NCBI GenBank assembly: GCA_965178125.1
Contig: OZ237760.1
Coordinates: 1 to 64,000, forward strand
Direction of reading: 5' to 3'
Source of the DNA: Bilabrum cf. latius
Lineage: Eukaryota
Length of the DNA: 64,000 nt
The notes below the pieces were generated by a model. The model searched no databases and had not been told where the DNA came from. It saw only the letters and a list, made by a program, of their open reading frames with translations. This document shows positions 1 through 9,695 of the stretch, piece after piece. The position numbers and the translations under genes are program-made. The first letter of the stretch is position 1; the number at the start of each line of letters is the position of its first letter.

Positions 1-374
1 ACCCTAACCCTAACCCTAACCCTAACCCTAACCCTAACCCTAACCCTAACCCTAACCCTAACCCTAACCCTAACCCTAACCCTAACCCTAACCCTAACCC
101 TAACCCTAACCCTAACCCTAACCCTAACCCTAACCCTAACCCTAACCCTAACCCTAACCCTAACCCTAACCCTAACCCTAACCCTAACCCTAACCCTAAC
201 CCTAACCCTAACCCTAACCCTAACCCTAACCCTAACCCTAACCCTAACCCTAACCCTAACCCTAACCCTAACCCTAACCCTAACCCTAACCCTAACCCTA
301 ACCCTAACCCTAACCCTAACCCTAACCCTAACCCTAACCCTAACCCTAACCCTAACCCTAACCCCTAACCCTAA
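1..374. repeat. Terminal telomeric repeat array (CCCTAA)n / (TTAGGG)n
   Basis: Perfect CCCTAA hexamers from base 1, with one CCCCTAA variant at 362 near the proximal junction. The C-rich strand is on +, as expected for a left chromosome end. Confidence 0.99.
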
Positions 375-418
375 GAAAATATTTTTTCCCCGACCCTGTC
401 CCTGACTTTATATTAGAT
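375..418. repeat. Truncated copy (44 bp) of the telomere-cassette linker
   Basis: gaaaatattttttccccgaccctgtccctgactttatattagat is identical to the 3' part of the linkers at 1658-1716 and 2569-2627. Confidence 0.95.
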
Positions 419-497
419 ACCCTAACCCTAACCCTAACCCTAACCCTAACCCTAACCCTAACCCTAACCCTAACCCTAACCCTAACCCTAACCCTAA
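419..497. repeat. Internal telomeric array (about 13 CCCTAA units)
   Basis: Perfect CCCTAA units that join the 155-bp repeat through a shared CC. Confidence 0.97.
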
Positions 498-1657
498 CCA
501 GGCCGTCCCGATGCAGTTTGAACGGTCTTCATATCACCTGTAGTTGCCGAGATCGTAGCACGTCGTTTTTCGGTGTGAAATTCTTCATACACCCATATCG
601 GCGCCGCGCGGCCAGAACGGAACCTGGGGAATATTTGGCCCATGTTTTGCCCCCAGGCCGTCCCGATGCAGTTTGAACGGTCTTCATATCACCTGTAGTT
701 GCCGAGATCGTAGCACGTCGTTTTTCGGTGTGAAATTCTTCATACACCCATATCGGCGCCGCGCGGCCAGAACGGAACCTGGGGAACATTTGGCCCATGT
801 TTTGCCCCCAGGCCGTCCCGATGCAGTTTGAACGGTCTTCATATCACCTGTAGTTGCCGAGATCGTAGCACGTCGTTTTTCGGTGTGAAATTCTTCATAC
901 ACCCATATCGGCGCCGCGCGGCTAGAACGGAACCTGGGGAACATTTGGCCCATGTTGTGCCCCCAGGCCGTCCCGATGCAGTTTGAACGGTCTTCATATC
1001 ACCTGTAGTTGCCGAGATCGTAGCACGTCGTTTTTCGGTGTGAAATTCTTCATACACCCATATCGGCGCCGCGCGGTCAGAACGGAACCTGGGGAACATT
1101 TGGCCCATGTTGTGCCCCCAGGCCGTCCCGATGCAGTTTGAACGGTCTTCATATCACCTGTAGTTGCCGAGATCGTAGCACGTCGTTTTTCGGTGTGAAA
1201 TTCTTCATACACCCATATCGGCGCCGCGCGGCCAGAACGGAACCTGGGGAACATTTGGCCCATGTTGTGCCCCCAGGCCGTCCCGATGCAGTTTGAACGG
1301 TCTTCATATCACCTGTAGTTGCCGAGATCGTAGCACGTCGTTTTTCGGTGTGAAATTCTTCATACACCCATATCGGCGCCGCGCGGCCAGAACGGAACCT
1401 GGGGAACATTTGGCCCATGTTGTGCCCCCAGGCCGTCCCGATGCAGTTTGAACGGTCTTCATATCACCTGTAGTTGCCGAGATCGTAGCACGTCGTTTTT
1501 CGGTGTGAAATTCTTCATACACCCATATCGGCGCCGCGCGGCCAGAACGGAACCTGGGGAACATTTGGCCCATGTTGTGCCCCCAGGCCGTCCCGATGCA
1601 GTTTGAACGGTCTTCATATCACCTGTAGTTGCCGAGATCGTAGCACGTCGTTTTTCG
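498..1657. repeat. 155-bp tandem repeat, about 7.5 copies (block 1)
   Basis: 'aggccgtcccgatgcag' recurs at 500, 655, 810, 965, 1120, 1275, 1430 and 1585. The copies are near-identical, with single-base variants. Confidence 0.98.
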
Positions 1658-1716
1658 ACAAATATTGAAGATGAAAATATTTTTTCCCCGACCCTGTCCC
1701 TGACTTTATATTAGAT
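1658..1716. repeat. 59-bp AT-rich linker between the 155-bp array and telomeric repeats
   Basis: Identical to 2569-2627 and always followed by A(CCCTAA)n. Confidence 0.95.
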
Positions 1717-1910
1717 ACCCTAACCCTAACCCTAACCCTAACCCTAACCCTAACCCTAACCCTAACCCTAACCCTAACCCTAACCCTAACCCTAACCCTA
1801 ACCCTAACCCTAACCCTAACCCTAACCCTAACCCTAACCCTAACCCTAACCCTAACCCTAACCCTAACCCTAACCCTAACCCTAACCCTAACCCCTAACC
1901 TAAACCCTAA
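1717..1910. repeat. Internal telomeric array (about 32 units) with degenerate units at the proximal end
   Basis: CCCTAA units ending in 'cccctaacctaaaccctaa' just before the 155-bp block. Confidence 0.97.
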
Positions 1911-1911
1911 T

Positions 1912-2568
1912 ACCTGTAGTTGCCGAGATCGTAGCACGTCGTTTTTCGGTGTGAAATTCTTCATACACCCATATCGGCGCCGCGCGGTCAGAACGGAACC
2001 TGGGGAACATTTGGCCCATGTTGTGCCCCCAGGCCGTCCCGATGCAGTTTGAACGGTCTTCATATCACCTGTAGTTGCCGAGATCGTAGCACGTCGTTTT
2101 TCGGTGTGAAATTCTTCATACACCCATATCGGCGCCGCGCGGCCAGAACGGAACCTGGGGAACATTTGGCCCATGTTGTGCCCCCAGGCCGTCCCGATGC
2201 AGTTTGAACGGTCTTCATATCACCTGTAGTTGCCGAGATCGTAGCACGTCGTTTTTCGGTGTGAAATTCTTCATACACCCATATCGGCGCCGCGCGGCCA
2301 GAACGGAACCTGGGGAACATTTGGCCCATGTTGTGCCCCCAGGCCGTCCCGATGCAGTTTGAACGGTCTTCATATCACCTGTAGTTGCCGAGATCGTAGC
2401 ACGTCGTTTTTCGGTGTGAAATTCTTCATACACCCATATCGGCGCCGCGCGGCCAGAACGGAACCTGGGGAACATTTGGCCCATGTTGTGCCCCCAGGCC
2501 GTCCCGATGCAGTTTGAACGGTCTTCATATCACCTGTAGTTGCCGAGATCGTAGCACGTCGTTTTTCG
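1912..2568. repeat. 155-bp tandem repeat, about 4.2 copies (block 2)
   Basis: Same unit as block 1, and it ends at the same base before the linker. Confidence 0.98.
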
Positions 2569-2627
2569 ACAAATATTGAAGATGAAAATATTTTTTCCCC
2601 GACCCTGTCCCTGACTTTATATTAGAT
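2569..2627. repeat. 59-bp linker (most proximal copy)
   Basis: Identical to 1658-1716. Confidence 0.95.
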
Positions 2628-3162
2628 ACCCTAACCCTAACCCTAACCCTAACCCTAACCCTAACCCTAACCCTAACCCTAACCCTAACCCTAACCCTAA
2701 CCCTAACCCTAACCCTAACCCTAACCCTAACCCTAACCCTAACCCTAACCCTAACCCTAACCCTAACCCTAACCCTAACCCTAACCCTAACCCTAACCCT
2801 AACCCTAACCCTAACCCTAACCCTAACCCTAACCCTAACCCTAACCCTAACCCTAACCCTAACCCTAACCCTAACCCTAACCCAAACCCTAACCCTAACC
2901 CTAACCCTAACCCTAACCCTAACCCTAACCCTAACCCTAACCCTAACCCTAACCCTAACCCTAACCCTAACCCTAACCCTAACCCTAACCCTAACCCTAA
3001 CCCTAACCCTAACCCTAACCCTAACCCTAACCCTAACCCTAACCCTAACCCTAACCCTAACCCTAACCCTAACCCTAACCCTAACCCTAACCCTAACCCT
3101 AACCCTAACCCTAACCCTAACCCTAACCCTAACCCTAACCCTAACCCTAACCCTAACCCTAA
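2628..3162. repeat. Proximal telomeric array (about 89 CCCTAA units)
   Basis: CCCTAA units with one CCCAAA variant at 2881. Confidence 0.98.
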
Positions 3163-3165
3163 AAA

Positions 3166-3377
3166 GCGAGCCGTGGATTGCAGCCCGTGGTTGGTGGGAG
3201 CGGCGGTGGAAGCGCTGAGCGAGCCGTGGATGGCAGCCCGTGGTTGGTCGGAGCGGTGGTGGAAGCGCTGAGCGAGCCATGGATGGCAGCACGTGGTTGG
3301 TGGGAGCGGCGGTGGAAGCGCTGAGCGAGCCGTGGATGGCAGCACGTGGTTGGTGGTAGCGGCGGTGGAAGGGCTGC
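3166..3377. repeat. Subtelomeric G-rich minisatellite, 4 x 53 bp
   Basis: Units start at 3166, 3219, 3272 and 3325 (gcgagccgtggatggcagc...ggtggaagcgctga), with a few substitutions. Confidence 0.93.
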
Positions 3378-3498
3378 GGGAGCTGTAGATATTGATTGTC
3401 ATTGTCAATATCAAAACCAAGGTTGTCTTGCCAGTCTTTCAATATCAGTATGCAGTTAAAGGTACAATCTCGACTGAGTACCCTGTTGTCCATGAACA

Positions 3499-6400
3499 TC
3501 AGGAAGGATTCGATAGTGTGAGCGGGCTTGCAGAGCGCGGCAAACTGAGTTCTTCCCTATCTGATCCATTGCTGAGGGACAGGAGCTCGGCCGGGTCGAA
3601 GCTGGCGTCGCAACTTTGTGCGCTGGTTCGACTTTCAAGCTGGTGCGGAGAATTATCCTCTTGAACTGCGTAGGCAGGCACAGCCACCTAGCGTTCCACG
3701 GTTCCGTCCTTTGTGTCTACACTTGCTGGTGGACACACAAGCAATCGGGCAGCTGGATAGATTGGATTATCCTGATGGTTAGCTGACTAGGCCGCTCTCA
3801 CTCGATCTCGCCTGGATGCCACTGCTGTACTGACACTAGGTTCTCCGTTAGCCTGCTGCTGCTACTAGCTACCGGTACCATCTCTGAGTGCGCCACCAGT
3901 CGCAGCAATATCTAGACCGCCCGTGTGGATCGACATTAACCCAAGATGACTGAGTGCAGCACTCAGCACGTGTCGCAGTATGTTTGCCACTGTGAAGCAC
4001 ATTGCGATGAGAACCACAGGCGACGGACCAAACGCGATCCTGCCAACCCGACCAGAGCCTACCGGTTGCGAACCGATCACCACTATCTGCAAACCGAGCT
4101 GCACTATGTCTTCGATTACTAACTAACCGATACTAAGCATACGAATCCTATGCACGAAGAGACGCCTTCTTGCAACGTCTTCCCGGTCGCTGGTCCCATA
4201 GAGACTGAATGCTGCGAGCCCTAGTAGCCTAGACGTCAGCAAATCCATGGACTTAATCCCAAACAGCGACAGGAACGATAGTCCTACCACCATGCTCCAG
4301 TGTTTGATCGTATGTTCTGGCAAGCCCTTCACGGGCCATGATTTTAGCATCACCACGATCAGCACCGCGTTGAGCACCACTGAACCCCCCATGGATGTCA
4401 GCCCAACAATCGCTAGGTCAGGTCTATCACACCATCTCTCCTGCGCCAGCTGGAAGACAAAGCCGCCGTCGCTCAGCACATCGGTCACTTGCATGCTTGC
4501 TCCTATCAGTGTAGTCGCCCCGTGTAGGTTGACTTGCTTCGCCTGCAATAGCAACAGTGACGCCACGGCCACAACAAAGAACGTTATGACTGTACCTACG
4601 GCAAAATCTGTGGTGTCATACTAGATGCTCGGGCACTACAGACCAAGAGATGGGACGCGCCATGCTCCAGGATAGCACCTGCATGTCTCTGCAGATGGTG
4701 CACCGGCAGACACAACTACAGTCAGCCCAGTTGAAGTGTTCAACAGCACGTTGCCGTCAGCCGAGACTACTTGCAGCGCTCTACCGGTCGAAACTCGTGT
4801 ACTCCCGTGCTAAACAATGTCGGCCATGCGCTACATAAAGCCCAAATTCGTGGTACCACGTAATTGTCGGAATGTGCGCGTACTTCCCTGCGCAGCTAGC
4901 GCCCGGAACAGCATCCGCTCGTGCGTCAGCTGTCGCAGCACAGCTGCACTCAGGTCATCGTGATCTCCACCCAATTGTTCCAAGAACTAAATCAGTACAC
5001 TCAACCGATTGGGCGCACTAGCTGCTGCACCAACCACTCTGATGCGATCGGACCAGTTGGGACGACTGCCGCCACCCGAAGTACGAGGGCTGCCTCTCAC
5101 TTCCTTTAGGTGAGCAGCATCTACTATGGCTAGCGGCAGCGCAACTCGCAGCAAGTTATCCCCAAATGCTGCTGCGGCACCGAGGGATGACATGTCTGGC
5201 TATACGGCTAGCTTAACTTGTGAAAAGACCGTTGCCTAGTCAGTGTGTTCGGCGCCCTGAGATGCATACGGCGGGATCGAGGTTGGAGTTGCACTCGCAG
5301 AAGTAGATGGAGTCGCCGAAGCGGACGAGGAAGGAGTTGGATCCATACTGGGGGATTCGCTGGGGGTCATGCTGGGTGTTGGTGTCGCTGATGACGTTGT
5401 ACTAGCCGTTGGGCTTGCCGATGGTGTCGAGCTCGGCTCTGGCGACGGTCTTGCAGACTCGTTGAAGACCCACAGTTGAGGATCCAGCAGCAGCTCGGCG
5501 TCACGAGGGTCGAGAGACCGCGCTGATAGGTACAAAAGCGGCTTGTCCCCTTGGGTATCGCTGTAGAAAGTAAAAAACTCTGGATCGCTGCTCTTCTACC
5601 CAAATGCGATATCTGCTGCTAGCATCGGGAACGGTTCCATGGCATCGTCCCAGAACCACGGCTCTCTTTCCGTTTCTGTCGTGTCACCAATGAAGTACAC
5701 GCTTGAAGTAGGGCTGCCGTCTGGATTTGGCTTCACCACAATGGGTCCGTCCGCCTCCACCTGGTCCGGCGTGATCCTAATGGGGGCCTGACTGGGGTCC
5801 GAGAGATTGGCTGCAAATAGCGACTGTATCGTCAGGTCGTCCTGGAATTCATGCCGAGCCATGAATAACAAGCGGTTGTAGTGACACAGAGAGAAGAAAC
5901 GCGCGCTGTAGAAGTCCTCTGTCCTGTTCCACTCGGGTCCCTGCTTGTCGAAGAGTGCAGACGGTGTGCTGGGCCCGCTCTGGGGCCCACCTGCCGATTC
6001 ATGTATCACCTGGATACTATCAGCACCGGAACCAGTCATTGAGTTGTATACTAGAATGCTCGGTGCATCGACGCCTTGCAAGCGCAGCACTGAGATGGCA
6101 GAGGGGCCGGAGCCCTGCGGTCCGGGGATCTCGTCGGACACTGTCTGAATGCTGCCCGATCCATTGAACCATCTCAGCTCTTCACCCTCTCCAAAGCTGC
6201 TTGCAGAAAAAAACAGCTTGCCATCAAATACAGTGAGCTAGTTTGGCTATGTTATCGCTTTGAATGCATCCACGTCATCCAAGCGCTCGAGTACTCCACC
6301 CAAATTTCCGTCATATCGCCAGAGTTGGGCTTGCAGGCTGCTATCGGAAAGAGACATATATAGCCAACCAGGAGAGCCCAATGACTGGTCGATACTACTC

Positions 6401-6906
6401 TGGTAGACGCAAAGCTCGGACGGAAACGAAGAAGCGGGCCCCTTTACCGCATCGAATGCTAGGCTTGCGTTGCCGCTTGCTGCAGCATCAACGTAGAATA
6501 GCTCGGCACCCACCAGTTCGTTAGATGCTTGGAAGAATAGAAATCCATTAAACTCAGTAAGATGCCTTGGAAAACTGCTGCTTTGCCCCGGGTTAATGTC
6601 CCCCGCCATGCGCAGCCTGCCAGTGGTTCCATCGTAAGCAAAGAGCTCGGTCCCAAACCGCGGATCTGTCGCAGGTATCCACAATTGTCCTGCTGACACG
6701 AGCATAGAATTCATAGGTTGAATATTCGCCGCAACAAAGGCGCCTCCCGCGCCCACGCCAGTGGCACGCCGTGTGGCTCCAGCCAAGCTTCGAGGATTTT
6801 CGTGCTGCGAGTTACGCACGTCATCGATCGAAATCCACCCTGAATTGCGCGGTTTCCGACTTCCCACGCACCAACCCATCACTAAAAATACTATCCCGCG
6901 TAACAT
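3499..6906 (-). CDS. ELWxxDGT-repeat (beta-propeller-like) protein with Ser/Thr/Pro stalk and multi-pass C-terminal membrane region, about 1135 aa (TAG=Gln)
   Basis: One frame joins ORFs 6247-7116, 5596-6141, 5236-5535, 4987-5193, 4123-4572, 3865-4104 and 3499-3687 through about 15 TAG and no TAA/TGA. Motifs: GTELFAYDGT, DINPGQSSSFP, LTEFNGFLFF, GEELRWFNG, a PSASPT stalk, hydrophobic helices and 'LVIEDIVQLGLQ'. Ends in TGA. The start ATG at 6906 is tentative. Confidence 0.8.
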
Positions 6907-7039
6907 ACTGTCTGTCGGCTCAGTTGGGATCCAAGCAATGCGCGGGACCCGGCGGCCCGCCGGGGTGGCGATGTAATGAAACCGGAAATCACTCGGCGCC
7001 GCGGTCTCCCGCCGGAGTCTCGTGTCCACAGCCGCAGTA

Positions 7040-9155
7040 ATGTACAGCCTAATAGTGTCAGCAGTATTACTATATGCAGCTGAAGTGTCTCTGTCCTTGC
7101 CACTCGCTGACAACAAGGTCCAACTTCAAGCCTGCGATTTCGTGGTTGCTGGGGGTTCGACTGCTTCGTTCGCGGCTGCTATCACTGCGGCAGAAGCGGA
7201 CCAATCACGCACAGTGTGCTTAACTGAAATGACTGACTGGCTGGGAGGACAAATGACTGCCGGTGGCGTCCCCGCAATCGATTTTGGGAGGTCCAACAAG
7301 GAGGCCAGCAACCAGCCGCGGAGCTTTCGAGACGCTATGGCCTTCCTCGGGCCCGAGTCGTACAATCCTGGCGCATGCTCTGTGAGCACGAAATGCTACC
7401 TTCCAGAACCGATGGCCGTAGATTTCATGGCGGCAAGGGCCGCGAAGTCATCGAATCTCAAGGTTCTGTATCGATCGGCGGTCGTCGCAACGTAGGTGGA
7501 TCCGGCTACAAAGCGTATCACCTCAATTGATGTGGTCCAGCGCACTCCGAAAGAGCCGTCATAGGAGTGGGACGTCAATCTGAGCGAGGATCTTCCAGAC
7601 TGGTACTCGCCTAACCCTTCCGATCGATTCGAAAAGTAGACCATTCGGCTAACCGGCAGTGTGTTTATAGAGGCGAGCGAATTGGGAGATGTGCTTGCGA
7701 CAGCAAACGTAACGTGGGCGCAAGGGGTGGAAATTCCTACCGAAACCAGCTTCAAGACTGACTCAACCTGCGGGCAAGCATGGACGCTCACCTTCTACAT
7801 GTCGTACCTCCCCGAGGGCGAGCATCCCCCGCCTGGCCCGCCCGTCCCACCCGGTTCAGGGGAAGGGCTGCCTTTTCCTCAGCCCTCAGACGCGTTCTGG
7901 ATGCACTCATGGACGTGGAGGCGGGCTGCATGCGGCGCAAACCGCTCCCTCGAGGCCGTGAACGCCCTGGATGTGACGCAGCAGAACCTCGGAAACGACC
8001 TTGACAGCGCGTACGTCTTGATCCCGCAGCAGGAGGCAGTGCGGCAGCGGCCCTGGCAGGGGGGCGTGAATCTGACAGCTCTGCGCATGTTGGAGGGCAG
8101 GGCATACGGGTACTACCACTGGATGAGGAACAACACCCCCAGCGGGGTGGACCCCTCTCGTATCATCCTGAACCGGACTGCTTCGGGGACCGGACACGGC
8201 CTCAGCAAGTGGCCCTACCTGCGAGACTCGAGGCGGGGCGTGGGGCTGGGAGACTTCCGGCTGCAGTACTGGGCCGAAGACTACTACAATACGAGCCAGC
8301 CGCTGTACGGGTACCACTTCAACGATTCGGTTGCGCTGTGAGTATTCTCATCGCCTTGCTTTGCCTTGTTTTTGGCGTGCTTGCAGGTCGAGTTTGGACT
8401 CGCGTGTGCGTCACGTCCGCATATGCACCCGATTCCTCCCCTTTCTCTCTCTTGTTCGCAGATCCAACTACAACTGCGACATCCACCACGGGGACTTCTG
8501 CACGTACCCGCCCTATCTGCAGGTGCACGAGACCAAGCCGTTCTACATCCCGTTCCAGGCCATGACCCACAAGGACGCCCCCAACCTGCTGCTAGCCGGC
8601 AAGACCATGAGCCAGACATTCCACGCGAACGGTGCTACGCGACTGCACCCTTCCGAGTGGACCGCGGGGGTGGCAGCTGGCGGGGCGGCTGTCCTCATGC
8701 TGCAGTAGGGCTGGCGGTCCACGGCGGAGGCTGAGGCACACGCAGACGAGCTGCAGCGATTCATCAATTCGACGCTCATCGGACAGCCGCTGGACTGGGC
8801 CACTGGCGACGAGCCGCCGCTGGCAGTTGGGTACGTGTGCTGGGAGCAGCGTTGCTTCCAGGTGGACTAGAAGCCCTCGGGGCAGCCGCTGTACCCCACC
8901 GATTCTTGCAGCGCGCAGTGCCAGCCACTGGGGGCGGACGAGTGGCTGGCGAACTCTGCGTACTGGACGATCCAGGGAGGGTATGCGGTGGCCAAGCAGA
9001 GCACGGTGCTGAAGAAGTCGACTGTGAATTCCCAGCTGCTGCCCCCAAAGGACGTGCTGGCGGTCAGTCAAGGGGACAGGTGCAAGCTGGTGGGACAGGG
9101 GCAGCGCTACCAAGAGGGCTACTACGTCTGCAGCCAGCAGGGATTGGCGGCGTGA
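7040..9155 (+). CDS. Secreted FAD-dependent oxidoreductase (FAD_oxidored-type), about 663 aa; intron 8338-8461
   Basis: Signal peptide MYSLIVSAVLLYAA; DFVVAGGSTASFAAA; ETDWLGGQMT-like motif; FIEASELGD; YLRDSRR; after GT-AG splicing DSVALSNYNCDIH, PFYIPF, NLLLAGK and ATRLHP. Five in-frame TAG; TGA stop. Confidence 0.85.
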
Positions 9156-9695
9156 GGGCCATGGGGAAGCAAGTACCCAGGGCACACTGCCGATGTGGCT
9201 CGGCGCGGTGTGCCAAGCGGGTCGCGGCCTTGTGGTCCAAGTTGTGGACCTTTGTGCCCCAGAGCTGCCTTGCTCAGCATGCGTGGTCGGAGGTACACTT
9301 TTAGGATTGGATGGCTGCTCGGGGGATTGCCGTCCCCCGACTCGTCGATGTTGCCTGGATCATCCAGGGAATTGGGCTGGCCGTTTGGGTGGAGTTGCGT
9401 GCACATTCAAATTGTTTTCCGGTTTTCTGAATATCGAGCAAGGGCCAACCGAATGTGATTGACCAAACTTGAACGCCCTGAGAGCCAGAGAACGAAACAC
9501 AAGTGACAGAGCAATCTCTGTTAAGTTGTACAGTGAGTTAGGGAAGAGTTAGAGTTGGATGCTTCGTTCTTACCCAGGCTCAGCACAAGTGTTCGTATTC
9601 AGTCGTCTTTTGAATCCGCACACTTCTAGCAAGCGATCCTGATAGTACTCGCGCTTGCACTGCAGAAAGGAATCATTTCTAGGTACATATTGAAT

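Noticed and set aside
498-2568. 155-bp repeats as a CRISPR array, or as genes (the 89-aa ORFs)
   Set aside because: The units are contiguous and near-identical with no unique spacers. The ORFs are by-products of a repeat whose length is not a multiple of 3, and the context is eukaryotic and telomeric.
1614-3499. Poly-RV and poly-GL ORFs
   Set aside because: These are translations of (TTAGGG)n and are not evidence of protein-coding genes.
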